This document shows positions 37,736 to 50,500 of a DNA stretch of 64,000 nucleotides, in pieces. Below the pieces are notes generated by a model. It saw only the letters and a program-made list of their open reading frames with translations. It was not told where the DNA came from and searched no databases. Both the position numbers and the translations under genes were made by a program. The stretch is taken from contig NC_043000.1 of the NCBI RefSeq assembly GCF_006345805.1, forward strand, positions 136,648,001-136,712,000, written 5' to 3'. The stretch comes from Octopus sinensis. Lineage: Eukaryota. Numbering within the stretch: position 1 is the stretch's first letter; each line of letters begins with the position of its first letter.

Positions 37736-38680
37736 ACTTTTTCATTTTTCCTGAGCATCAAACTAATACACTTGCTTGGCGTTCATACACTTGCCTTCAT
37801 CTTTTGTTTTTCTTCAAATTCCAGCTATATATATGACATATAGCTATAATTATGCGAGTTTAATTGTTTATGTTTGTTTCTGTGTTGTTCTTTGTTACTA
37901 AAGTTGTATTTGATCAAAATATTTGTAATTTTCTTGTTGACAAACATGGTGATCAAAGTTTCTATATCTATTATTGAACTCTGCTGGTGTCCGTTAAAAA
38001 TTGGAGCCCATAATAGATGGAAATAGAAATCTAGTACCTTTTGTTTGTTGCCTAAATTAAGTAATGTGTTTGAATGGCTGCCAATGGAAACAAAATGAAT
38101 TAGCAATTCATGCAACAGATATCTGGAATCATATCTCTCTAGCTTCATGCATAAATATAATGATATATTTATAAAAGAATTGAAACAGCTGAGTGGTTAT
38201 GTTGTTGCTTTCTCGTCTCAAGAGACTCGAATCTAACTGCATTAACAATTGAGTTTAAGAAACATTAACGAATGAAAAATCAAAATAAATATGTAAAGAA
38301 TAAAATGATAGATGTATAATATAATATTGAGATTGTGGGCAGCTTAGCTATAAGGTAAACAGATAAACAGAGACAAGAGTTTAGCACTTCATCGACTGCC
38401 ACTATGTTACGTCAAAAATATAAAAGGCAATTAGCTGTGGATGGCTCTCTCCACAAAGCTTAAAACAGATAATAGAGAATGATATAGGTTACTGTTCTGG
38501 TTTTACTCCAAGTTATTCTTGATTGAGCTGACCAGTAATCAAAGTTGCTTCATTTATAACCATCACATCTTATTTTAGTTGGGAAGGATACATAAAACTA
38601 CATTACTTAATATTTGTGTCCTTTTCTTTTAAAAAAATTCATGTGATTTGAGGGTAATTTAGCTATTATTTCTAGCAGCT

Positions 38681-39080
38681 AAGGCAGTGAACTGGCAGAA
38701 TTATTAGCATGCCAGGGGAAATTCTTAGCGGTATTTTGTTTGCTGTTACATTCTGAGTTCAAATCCCACCGAGGTTGACTTCGCCTTTCATCCTTTCGGG
38801 GCCGATTAAATAAGTACCAGTAATGCACTGGGGTCGATATAATTGACTTAATCCGTTTGTCTGTCCTTGTTTGTCCCTTCTGTATTTGGCCCCTTGTGGG
38901 TAGTAAAGAAATAGTTATTTTGTCTGCCGCTATGTTCTGAATTCAAATTCCACCGAGGTCAACTTTGCCTTTCATCCTTTTGGGATTGATAGATTAAGTA
39001 CCAGTGAAACACTGAGGTCGATGTAATTGACTAGTCCCCTTTCCCACAAATTTGAGGCCTTGTGCCTCCTGTAGAAAGGA
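38681..39080 (+). mobile_element. SINE family B dimer (head-core-tail1 plus truncated head-core-tail2)
   Basis: Tail1 ...AAAGAAATA is followed directly by internal head sequence GTTATTTTGTCTGCC. Confidence 0.85.
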
Positions 39081-39284
39081 GTCACCCCATATCTCTTTCA
39101 AGTTAATCAGCAAAAACATCAGTAACACTGTAAACATTTAGTGGTGTTTGTTGTCAAGCAATGTTGAGTGCCAGGTCTCCTGTTGACTGAAAGAGAAAAA
39201 AGGGATTTAGTCATTTATTTTTCTCTCTTTAATCAATGTACAAATGATAAGTCTACTGGAATACACCTGCCCCAATAATTCCTT

Positions 39285-39646
39285 CCACTCCTTGTGACAC
39301 CTTACTGGCACATGAGCTGGTGGCACGTGCAAAAAACATTAGAGCGAGATTGTTGCCAGTGCTGCTGGACTGGCACCTGTGCAGGTGGCACGTAAAAAAC
39401 ACCATTTGAGCATGGCCGTTGCCAGTACCGCCTGACTGGCCCTCGTGCTGGTGGCACGTAAAAGTACCCACTATACTCTCAGAGTGGTTGGTATTAGGAA
39501 AAGCATCCAGCAGTAGAAACTCTTCCAGATCAGATTGGAGTTTGGCGCAGTCATCTGGTTCGCCAATACTCAGTGAAATCGTCCAACCCATGCTAGCATG
39601 GAAAGTGGACGTTAAACGATGATCATGATGACGATGATGATGATGG
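39285..39646 (+). mobile_element. Family C element
   Basis: Conserved tail and (GAT)n. Confidence 0.85.
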
Positions 39647-39650
39647 GGTA

Positions 39651-40053
39651 CAGGCATGGCTATGTGTTAAGAAGCTTGCTTCCCAACCACATGACTCCAG
39701 GTTCAGTCCCACTGCTTGGTATCTTGGGCAAGCGTCTTCTACTGACCAATGCCTTGTGAGTGGATTTGGTAGACAGAAACTGAAAGAAGCCTATCGTATA
39801 TATACATGTGTATGTGTGTATATGTTTGTGTCTAGGTTTTAATCCCCGCCACCACCACCACCCCCACTGCTTGATAACCAGTGTTAGTGTGTTTATGTCC
39901 ATATAACTTCGTGGTTCAGTGAAAGAGACAAATTGAATAAGAACCAGGCTTTAAAAAATATAAGCCCTGGGGTCAATTTGTTTGACTAAAAACCCTTCAA
40001 GCAGTGTTCCAGCATGGCCGCAGTCAAATGACTGAAATAAGTAAAAGATGAAA
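39651..40053 (+). mobile_element. SINE family A, diverged full length
   Basis: Collinear with the family A consensus. Confidence 0.8.
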
Positions 40054-41412
40054 GAAGAGCTATAAAATATGAAAGTACTTTGATATCAAACAAATAGTTC
40101 ATGTGTACCCATTGTCATTGGCTGTTTAATTTTGTTTGTGGACAAGTTGCTTTCTTTTATACTTCTAAACTTACTTAGATGTGAGGAATATATAACAAAC
40201 CTGAATAAATATGTGTGATAAATTTTAATTTTTTAATTATTGAGCACAAGCAATGTTTATGAGATTTGTGGCTCTGCATTGACTGGGGAGATTAAGTTTG
40301 CTGAATCCGCTGCCCTAACCACTGGGCCATTGTGCCTCCACTATATATGCAGTTACCATGGTAGAAAATAAGAGATTGAGAAGTATAGTTTTGGAACCAT
40401 TTATGAGGTTTCATTACCATTCTGTCCATTTCTAGACTTGATGATAAAATTCAAAACTGTTTTCTTGATATGTTTGGTCATCATGATGCGGAAAGACACA
40501 AAGTTTTCATGTGACTATTCAAGACTGTTCTCAAATTAATTATTCATGGAATTAGTCCATGTGATGCAGTGTGAGATCTTCCAATCCAAGCAACATGAGG
40601 AGATACAAAACACTGCCAGACAAATTTGAATGTTTTATTGATATTTATGTGCTGCAACACTGCTTTAGCTGAAGTTTTCAAGGGTGATGACACTTGAGAA
40701 CTTGTGAATGACATATAGTAGTTCCAGCTAAAGATATACAATTGCTGAGGAGAAAGATAGATGTTTAAGTTGATGCAGTTAGAAATTATTTGCATCTTTT
40801 GCCATGAACTTGTTGATGCGTAAACAATTTATCCTTTGATTTTATGGTTTAAAACGTTACAGTTTTAGAGAATTGGATACACTGGAGTATATTTTAAAAA
40901 AGATGAGATAAATTCCTACAGAGGAAAAGTGAGAAATTAAAGGCTTTGCAAGGATCAAAGTTAGTTCAAGGGCATACTTTTTGGTGGTGATATGAGATTC
41001 ACTATCTAAACCAGTCATCTAATTTGTTAAGCGTATTCAGCATAGAAGATGGAAGTGAAGCAGATAAACTAATGTGAAGGCTTCTTTTAGTGAGGGTTCT
41101 AGCACAGAAAAATCATCTTGGTGATGGTGGACATCAGGAAAATGCTGCAAAATTGGTAGACTTACATACTAAGGTGCTGAAAAGCTCTGCTAAAATTCAA
41201 AAATTTGGAAATGCATGACAGCTTTGTAAGATGCAAAACATGATTCACTTTCCTGATAGTAGTCTTGAAGATTTTATTGTGGTGAGCGAGAAGTTTCAAA
41301 ATATGGAGTAAACCTCGGCATCACAGGATCTCTCTTGATCAATACAAATTCCTCAAAACAGAAAAACTGCAACACAAAGTCTAGTTTCTTCAGAGCAAAT
41401 AAATAACTTCAT

Positions 41413-41675
41413 AATAAATAAAATAAATGTGCCCTTTTGATGCCTAGCCAAGCTCTTGGGCTCGGTTTCCCGGTTTCAATGGCGTATGTGTTCCACAGCT
41501 GGACGGGACGCCAGTCCATCGCAGCGTTACTCATTTTTGCCAGCTGAGTGGACTGGAGCAACGTGAAATGAGGTGATTTGCTCAAGAACACAATGTGTCG
41601 CTTAGTCCAGGAATCGAAACCACAATCTTACGATTATGATGCTGACACCCTAACCACTAAGCCATGCACCTCCAC
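41413..41675 (-). mobile_element. tRNA-derived SINE with CORE-like and V-domain-like segments, 12-bp TSD
   Basis: AAATAACTTCAT at 41401 and 41676; minus strand GTGTTCTTGAGCAAA... and GCGATGGACTGGCGTCCCGTCCAG. Confidence 0.8.
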
Positions 41676-41699
41676 AAATAACTTCATGCTCAGCAATTA

Positions 41700-42160
41700 T
41701 TAACCCTTTACAAAGTTCAGCTAAGACTCACAATGGAGTACTATTCCCATATTTGATATATTGTATTGATGTTACATACATGGACATACAGCATGCAAAG
41801 AAAGACAACTTGACTGGATGGCATTAAATAAGTCTCTAACACACACCAATGTCTTGTACACAGACATGCAGTCTCCTCCCTCTGCTTTTTCTACTACAAC
41901 AGCTTCTATTCTTTAGATTTGGTTGACTCATCCTACCTCCATTTAGGCATCATGATTCACTCGTCATTTCTCCTCACTGCACATGTATTGTGTTGAAGTC
42001 ATCCATGCCTACAGTAACCTCTACACTCAGAACTCTCTACTCTCCAGAATATCAGGAATATCAGCTTCTTGAAATTCTCCCCTCCTACTTCCAGTGTTTT
42101 TCCTATAGCCATCAACTGGTAACTTTCTAAGAGGGATGCTAACCATGTTGATTTCACCAG
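41700..42160 (+). mobile_element. CR1/Crack-like LINE ORF2 C-terminal remnant
   Basis: VQLRLTMEYYSHI* and LYTQNSLLSRISG...NSPLLLPVFFL resemble the RPxMEYCSHIW and WNSLPxxVFP motifs; heavily decayed. Confidence 0.55.
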
Positions 42161-42396
42161 TCATTAAGTGCTTGCAGAGACCAAGAACACGGTCCATTCC
42201 TTTAGATTGAGCTATTAAAAAAAAATGCACCAACTGATAAAGCAAATTCATGAGTTGGCTTACACTAGAAAGCCTTTTCTGTTTGTTTCTTTTGACAAAT
42301 TGTAGCACTATGCAAGGTAAAGAACAATTAGAAACCATAAAAGCAAAGTTGTGATGAAGGATTAATTACTCAGGCCTTATCTTCATTTCTTTACAG

Positions 42397-42460
42397 ACTG
42401 CATCCATGCATTCAAGGTTAAGTTTATCAGAGGAAAATTTTGTTTCGTTTTGCACAAGTG
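42397..42460 (+). CDS. Candidate exon (unverified)
   Basis: cttcatttctttacag acceptor, GTG/GTATGA donor; phase 0-1 TASMHSRLSLSEENFVSFCTS. Confidence 0.27.
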
Positions 42461-43304
42461 GTATGATAACTGTTGCTCAGTATATGTGTAAAGCAATTAT
42501 AATTAGTTATACAATGGTATCATGACTCATTGTTGAATTTGCTATGCCATGCTACATTAATTTGTTGGTTGCCATAGATATGAGCCTCTTCCCCTCTTGC
42601 TGCTAAAACTTTACAAAACATGTTTTGCTGTTCTTTTCCTTCTCCGGATTTCTCTGGCTTTTTCAGAAACCTAATAATTTCTTTTTTCTTATATAAATTT
42701 GTTAATATTTTGTAGTTATTGCTGCCAATTTCAAATGATATTGCTCTTTAGTATATCTTTGTAATGTTTAAAATTTCAATTTTAATTTAAATACAAATTA
42801 ATTATTATTTCATTATTCTGTTTGGTGATTAGACACGCGAGTTACTGAAAGAGGACAAACAAACCTTATCAAGTTATGCAACATATAAGAATTTTTTATA
42901 TATTTTATACAGGGTTTGTGAGTTTTGTAGTAAAATATAGAGTGAATAGCTGAGATGAGAGTTCAAATTCTTTAGCTAGTATACTGTTCAGAGAAATATT
43001 TATATCTCTGATCTCTGATCAATTTAACATAACTTTAACAGATATCTAAGCATTATGTTGATATTAACTTTAACACAGAATAAGCACACAAACCTGTTCC
43101 AAAGGTCCATAACTATAAAATGCTGATTATTCAATGTTCAGTAACATACATATATTACCATATATATATTTTTTTAATCTCTGCATTATCTTAGTATGTA
43201 AAGAAAAAAAAATGCTTTGGAACTAGACTTAAATATAGTGCAGTTTATTGTTGATGTAAGTTAAACATTTATTTGCATTTATGCTCTACATTGTTTTCCA
43301 ACAG

Positions 43305-43420
43305 ACGTTTTTATGACAGGTCAGACAGCCCTTCATTTCAGACTGTATCAGCTTAAGATTCCTGTAACCCAGGGAGAATTCATACTTGACATATTCCTTA
43401 CACAGGGCCATGAAACAATG
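43305..43420 (+). CDS. Candidate exon (unverified), phase-compatible with 42397-42460
   Basis: Long pyrimidine acceptor ...ttgttttccaacag, donor ATG/GTATTT; (D)VFMTGQTALHFRLYQLKIPVTQGEFILDIFLTQGHETM. Confidence 0.3.
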
Positions 43421-43704
43421 GTATTTATACACTTGATTTTCTTCATACATATCAACAATCTGCCAAATGATAAGAATTTGTAGCATATGAGTTGGCTTAT
43501 TTCCAAAGTTGTTCTGATATGGTCCATATCTCCAAAGAGATTTTTTACTAACACATGCACACACACACACACATTACTAAATAAGGATGATAAATGTGTG
43601 TGTGTGCTGTGTATGCATGTTGAATGAGAATCTGATTTATTTTCATTTACACACATATGCGCAAAAAAAGAGCATAAAATCATAAAAATCATAAATCTCA
43701 GGTA

Positions 43705-43906
43705 CAGTTCATACTCTAATTGTGATCAACAGTTGTTTCATTAAGATAAACACTATCAAATGCATAATTACATAATTGTGATACATAATTCATTTAAATT
43801 GAATTAATTTAATTTAAATGAATTATGTCACACAATTATGTAATTACATATTTGATAATGTTTATTTTAATAAAACAGCTGTTGAGCACAATTAGAATAG
43901 GAACAG
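43705..43906. repeat. ~200-bp palindromic element (MITE-like hairpin)
   Basis: Arms 43707-43800 and 43811-43904 are reverse complements with roughly a dozen mismatches; 10-nt loop. Confidence 0.85.
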
Positions 43907-44343
43907 CATGGGAGATTTATACTTTTCTGGTTTTATACTAAAAGATCATTATGCTTAAAGATCGTTTTAGCTGATTATGTATTATACATGTAAGTCAGTC
44001 CCACTAGGATATTTTATAATATAATAACGCAGTGGAGTTTAACAACCTGTATTAATTTAGCTCTTAATTACTGTGGAGTTATTCTTTGATGTTCATGCAT
44101 CAGATCTGTCTCACTCTCCCCCCTCTCTCTCACTCTCACCTTCTCTCTCACTTAACCCCTCTCTCACTCTCTTTCTCTTTATATATATATATAAAGTTAA
44201 TCCAAACAAGAAAACACAAAAAAAACACAACAATGCGAGGACGTGGAACATATATATATATATATATATACATGCACACATATAAATACACACTTACCCA
44301 CGCACACTCACACATACACACATGCACATTCACACACATAAAC

Positions 44344-44431
<88 letters not shown>

Positions 44432-44435
<4 letters not shown>

Positions 44436-46012
44436 TCATCATCATCATCATCATCATTTTTAACGTCCGCTTTCCATGCTAGCATGGGTTGGACGGTTCA
44501 ACTGGGGTCTGGGAGCCCGAAAGCTGCACCAGTCCAGTCAGATCTGGCAGTGTTTCTACAGCTGGATGCCCTTCCTAACGCCAACCACTCCGAGAGTGTA
44601 GTGGGTGATTTTATGTGCCACCGACACAGGTGCCAGACGAGGCTGACAAACGGCCACGCTCGGATGGTGTTTTTTATGTGCCACCGACACAGTCCAGACG
44701 AGGCTGGCAGACGGCACCGGCACTGGTACCACAAAGTGTGTGCCACCAGCACTGGTACCACAAAGATACAGATTCCATTGATGTTCATCTATTTTGATTT
44801 GTTTTGATTTGATTTTCACTTGCCTCAACAGGTCTTCACAAGTGTCACAAGAAGGAAGGTATGCACAGGTGGACTGACTACGTCCCAGGTAGGGGCCATG
44901 GGTTATGGCCTGACTAGTCTTGCCGGGTCTTCGGATGGTGTTTTATGTGCCACCGACACAGGTGCTAGATGAGGCTGGCGAACGGCCACGATCGGATGGT
45001 GTTGTCATGTGCCCACAGAACGGAGGCCAGTCGATGCGGTACTGGCTACGGCCACTTTCGGATGGTTTCTCTTTGTGCCACCGGCACTGGTACCACAAAG
45101 ATACAAATTCCATTGATGTTCATCTATTTGATTTGTTTTGATTTGATTTTGATTTTGATTTTCACTTGCCTCAACAGGCCTTGATTTTCACTTGCCTCAA
45201 CAGGCCTTCACAAGTATCACAAGGAGGAAGGTATGCACAGGTGGACTGACTACGTCCCAGGTAGGGGCCATGGTTTATGGCCTGACTAGTCTTGCCGGGT
45301 CTTCGGAAGGTGTTTTTATGTGCCACCGACACAGGTGCTAGATGAGGCTGGCGAACGGCCACGACCGGATGGTGTTTGTTATGTGCCCACAGCACGATGG
45401 GCCAGTGATGCGGTACTGACTACGGCCATGTTCGGATGGATTCTTGTGTGCCACCGGCACTGGTACCACAAGCGGTACTGACTACTTTTATGTGCCACCG
45501 ACACAGGTGCTAGATGAGGCTGGCGAACGGCCACGACCGGATGGTGTTGTTATGTGCCCACAGCACGATGGCCAGTGATGCGGTACTGACTACGGCCACG
45601 TTCGGATGGATTCTTGTGTGCCACCGGCACTGGTACCACAAGCGGTACTGACTACGGCCACGTTCAGATGGATTCTTGTGTGCCACCGGCACTGGTACCA
45701 CAAGCGGTACTGACTACGGCCACGTTCGGATGGATTCTTGTGTGCCACTGGCACTGGTACCACAAGGATACAAATTCCATTGATGTTCATCTATTTTGAT
45801 TTGTTTTGATTTGATTTGATTTTCACTTGCCTCAGCAGGTCTTCACAAGTCGGAAGGTATGTACAGGTGGACTGACTACGTCCCAGGTAGGGCCCACGGG
45901 TTATGACCTGACTAGTCTTGCCGGTCTTTGGATGGTGTTTTATGTGCCACCATGTTCCCACAGCACGGAGGCCAGTCGATGCGGTACTGGCTACGGCCAC
46001 GTTCGGATGGTT
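44432..46012 (-). repeat. Hierarchical tandem array, inverted relative of 27891-29399, embedded in (TA)n
   Basis: GTTCATCTA anchors near 44783, 45118 and 45785; extra ~60-bp subrepeat expansion at 45410-45770. Confidence 0.9.
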
Positions 46013-46045
<33 letters not shown>

Positions 46046-46049
46046 CAAG

Positions 46050-46560
46050 GCAGCATCATTTCCAATGACTACATAGTGGATGAGATGATATTAAGCTGTA
46101 TCAGCTTAATATTTCCTTTGAAAAGCTCAGAATGAGAATCTTTTGAGACAACCACCTTTGCCTCCACATCAAGGCTCTCAGTGCTTCCCCTCTATTGTAT
46201 GGATGGAAGACATGGACCTTATACTGTCAGCTCATTAAGACTCTGGATGTCTTTAACATCTACACTTGTCAGAAGATTCTTTTAGTCACCAAGATTAATA
46301 GGATTATGTACATGGAAACACTCCAGTTGCTTCAAATGTGCTCTGTATACAATAATAGTTACATTATATGAACGTTTAGTGCATGTGCCTGGCTCAATTT
46401 TCCTACATAGATTCCTACACAGAAAACTAAGCCTTGGTCAAAACTTGTCTTGAAGTCTAAAGAAGTAGTTCAAAACCCTGCAGAAACTACTTTGCAGAAG
46501 CCAAACATATTTTCTTCAAAAGTGCACGACATCACTACCTGACGCTTATTTGGTGGTTGA
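46050..46560 (+). mobile_element. RTE-clade LINE ORF2 remnant
   Basis: GWKTWTLYCQLIKTLDVFNIYTCQKILL resembles the YGxETWT...LDxF...CLRKIL motif. Confidence 0.7.
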
Positions 46561-46844
46561 ACTGTTAGAGTGCAGTAGAAAATATACAGGAGAAATATAT
46601 TCATGACATCACATTGAATACACTAGTTCTCATCCAGTCACCTAAGTTAACGTTGAGCCTAGTGAGTACGTAGATGTACATATATAAATATAAATATATA
46701 TATATATTATATATATATATATATACATGGAAAGCATATATATATGCTGGTGATGATGATGATATATATATATATAGTTGAAATTTATAATAAAATAAAA
46801 CAAAGACTGGTGTATTAGTTTGATGCTCTAGAAAGTGAGAAAAT

Positions 46845-46880
46845 CTTTTATGTTTCGAGCCTATGCTCTTCAACAGAAAG
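46845..46880 (-). ncRNA. Minimal hammerhead-like motif, variant core CUGUUGA (family ii)
   Basis: Minus strand CTTT-CTGTTGA-AGAGC-ATAG-GCTC-GAAA-CA-TA-AAAG. Confidence 0.6.
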
Positions 46881-47021
46881 GAACATGAGGAAATAAACAA
46901 AGAAAGAATAAAAAAGAACTGTGGATTTAGCGATCAATTATGGTGATATACATACATACATACATACATACATACATACACATATATATATATATCACAT
47001 ACATATATATACATACATTAT

Positions 47022-47117
<96 letters not shown>

Positions 47118-47431
47118 ATGTATGCATGTATATCACAAATTATAGGCTGAAGTTTTTCCCCTGAGGCTTTGTTTCTGCATCTAAAGCTTCTCTAAGTATT
47201 CACTGGTTACAGCTACAAGAACTAGGTTATCAACATACATGAGTTGCCACAGTCTTAGACTCATTTGTTATATCTTGGAGAACTATAATAAAAGTGGAGC
47301 AGACTGAGAACTGTGCCTAGATGGTCACCTATCTGCACACTAAATCATTAACTAAATTCATTGCCACCTCTCACTTTGCTGACCAGGATCTTTGTACACA
47401 GTGTGCTCTGCTCACAGTTTATTCTTTCTAG

Positions 47432-47473
47432 GCCTATTTTTGTTAAAGACTATCAGAGTGATATCCTCAGTGT
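47432..47473 (+). CDS. Candidate 42-nt exon (unverified)
   Basis: ttattctttctag acceptor, TGT/GTGAGT donor; open in phases 1 and 2 (PIFVKDYQSDILS). Confidence 0.2.
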
Positions 47474-48054
47474 GTGAGTGTGTTTATCATCATCATCATC
47501 ATCATCATCATCATCTGCATCATCGTGATTTTTATATCTGCTCTCCATATTGGCATGAACTGCATGAGTCAACAGGATTCGACAAGTTGGAGAACCACAT
47601 CATATTCCAATGTCTGTTTCCTTATAATTTCAGTGGTTGGATATCCTTCCTAATGCCAACCGCTTTACAAAGTCTACAGGAAGCTTTTATCATTGCACCA
47701 ATGCTTGTGAATTGCTTTGCATCTTGTAATACTAAAGGGCCTGGAGGAGCCCTTATAAATGAAAGAGAATAGCAAAGAGAGAGAGAGAGAAAGGGAGAGA
47801 TAGAGAAAAAGGGAGAAAGAATATATGTGATAATTTTAGGCAAGGAAATAAAAGAGAGCAAACTAAGAAGGAAAGAATAGAGTTTTGAGGGTGTAGAAAT
47901 GGAGAGAGTTACAGAGTTGAAACTATTCAGAGAGGTATATTTGTAAGCGCATTGTAGTCATACACACACACACACACAACACACACACACACACAACACA
48001 CACACACATATGTATGTGTGTGTTTATGTGTGTGTATGATGTGTGTTTATATAT

Positions 48055-48088
<34 letters not shown>

Positions 48089-48351
48089 CATACATATATA
48101 CACACACATATATATATATGCACGTACATATATGTACAAGTGTGTGTGTGTGTGTGTGTGTGAAAATGTGTATGCTATAACCTCAGAATAATAATTTTTC
48201 ATGCAGCCTCAAGCGTTATCTAACTGTTCAGTCTCAGAATTTAATAATCAATTTATGTTCAAATTTTACCTGTTAAGAATGTCTAAAAATACACAAATTT
48301 AAATTTCTAATCTACAAAAATATGCAGCCTTATATTTTACACACATACAAG

Positions 48352-48385
<34 letters not shown>

Positions 48386-48447
48386 AATCATATATTATAT
48401 ATATAATATATATACATATACATATATATATATACATATATATATAC

Positions 48448-48513
<66 letters not shown>

Positions 48514-49198
48514 CATACATTCATACATACATGCATATATATATGTATAATATATACATACACACATATATGCTACATTCACGCTTTACAATCTCCTTCC
48601 CCTTTACCTTATCTTTTCAATTAACCTCCCATCATCATGTCTCTTCTATTCCTCTCTCCACAATGACTCTCTCACAACAACCCGTCTGTCCTCCTCATCA
48701 TACTTTAACTTCTCCCAATACCTTACCCAAAATCGAAACACTCTCTCCCTTCCTCTCTTTCAATCATGGGAACTGCATAGTTTTTCTAGATATAAAGGTA
48801 ACCTTACAAGTATTGGTATCTCGAAAGGAATCACTCAGTACATTGTATAAAACTTTTGGCAAACTAAGCAGAGAATATGCAGGATTGAGAAACTTTGCTG
48901 CCTAGCTAAGAGCAAAAGAGACCACTATAGTTCTGAAAATGCCCCTAGTACACCTTGTAAACCGTTTGGTGTTAAGAGGGACATCCAATCCTTGAAGCCA
49001 TACTGACATGGCAAGTAAATGTAAAATGGTGATAACAATGATGACACTGATGATGTTCCATAATCCTTAATTTTTAATGTGTATTTTGCTTTACATACAA
49101 TAATAATAATGGATACATCTTGATTGTAATAATGGATTAAGCAGATGGGCTTCAAAAGGAAACAGCTGGGATTTACCATTAACAGCTATATATATGTA

Positions 49199-49453
49199 AA
49201 GTATAATAGCCATCTCAATATGTCTAACCACAAAGGGTGGGTGTTACTGTAGCTTTTAGCCCCAGGAGATCATCGTCTCCAGCTGGCTTTAGGCACACTA
49301 TCTGTGCCCTTATGGTATTTGCAAAGGGAGGCCATCCCTTTCTCGTAAGCCTAAGTGATACGCACGGACCGCAGTTTCGAGGCTGTTGCCTCTTGTCAAC
49401 GGGCGGTAATCACCGGTTCACGATGAAAGGAAAAGCCTGTATGCAACTACTTA
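49199..49453. mobile_element. Unclassified CpG-rich insertion with TSD-like flanks
   Basis: GC/CpG-rich island in an AT-rich background; AGCTATATAT at about 49184 and 49454. Confidence 0.55.
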
Positions 49454-49987
49454 AGCTATATATGTATATATATACACTACAGATCTTCATAATTGCACAC
49501 TTGAAGCTGGTTAAGTTTACACATTGTACCACTCTTACATTTGTATACCCACACACACTTGCTATTGAGCTGGGCTGATCAATGCACTAGGAGTGAGTTC
49601 AGTCAATTAAAGCTATCATGGGTTGTGTGTGTGTGGTGTGTGTGTGTGTGCATATGTGTGTGTGTGTGTGTGTATGTGTGTGTGCATGTGTGTGTATGTG
49701 TGTGTTGTGTGTGTGTGTGTGTGTGTGTGTGTATCTCTGTGATTGTATGTGAATGTGTGTGGATGATGATGTTTTGCTGGTGACTGTTTAAGTGAAGCAT
49801 TGTTATCAATATGACTAGTTGCTCCATGCCAGTGAAATATAAAAATCTGCAAAACAGATGAAAAGCAAGGATGGCAAGAAGTACATCCACCTGTAAAATC
49901 ATATCTTAAAATTAATTCCTATCCAAGTCATACTAGCATGGGAAAGCAAATGTTAAATAAACATACAAATGAACAGTATATATAATT

Positions 49988-50500
49988 GTTGTGACCCCCT
50001 TCGGTCATGAATGACCAAGGGATTGCACCTAGAAAGTTACCCTCCGAGGCACAAGTCTGGGCAAGGTTGTTTATGGAAGACCAGGAGTCGCCCATGCATA
50101 ACAGTCTCCCCTCTCTACGCCACTGATGTTATCCAAGTGAAAGCCAAAAGCCGATACAGCTTGGCACCAGTGATGTCGCAGCTCATTTATTAATGTGCAA
50201 GTGGCTGAGCTCTCCACGGACACATGTACCCTTAACATAGTTATCGGGGTGATTCAGCGTGACACAGAGTGTGACAAGGCTGGCCCTTTGAAATACAGGT
50301 GCAACGAAATAGGAAGAAAGAGTGAGAGAAAGTTGTGGTGAAAGAGAACTGCAGAGTTCACCACCACCCTCTGCCAGAGGCTCGTGGAGCTTTAGGTGTT
50401 TTTAGTCAATAAACACTCACAACACCCGGTCTGGGAATTGACACTGCGATCCTTCGACAGCGAGTCTGCTGCCCTAACCACTGGGTCATTGCGCCTCCAC
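49988..50500. mobile_element. Composite insertion: unclassified (possibly RTE 5'-like) segment fused to a truncated family D SINE on the minus strand
   Basis: TATATATAATT at 49977-49987 and 50501-50511 flanks both parts. Confidence 0.75.

Noticed and set aside
42027-42338. 103-aa minus-strand ORF as a real exon (DRVLGLCKHLMTGEINMVS...)
   Set aside because: The opposite strand carries decayed CR1/Crack ORF2 motifs, so this is probably a shadow ORF.
27848-46048. Cys/His-rich ORFs such as MCHRHRCQMRLANGHDRMV
   Set aside because: They are read-throughs of the GC-rich arrays, open in several frames on both strands and without consistent starts.
48600-48905. 124-aa ORF with FLDIKV as a Penelope RT piece or host exon
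   Set aside because: It fits a decayed CR1-like C-terminus about equally well; too degenerate to assign.
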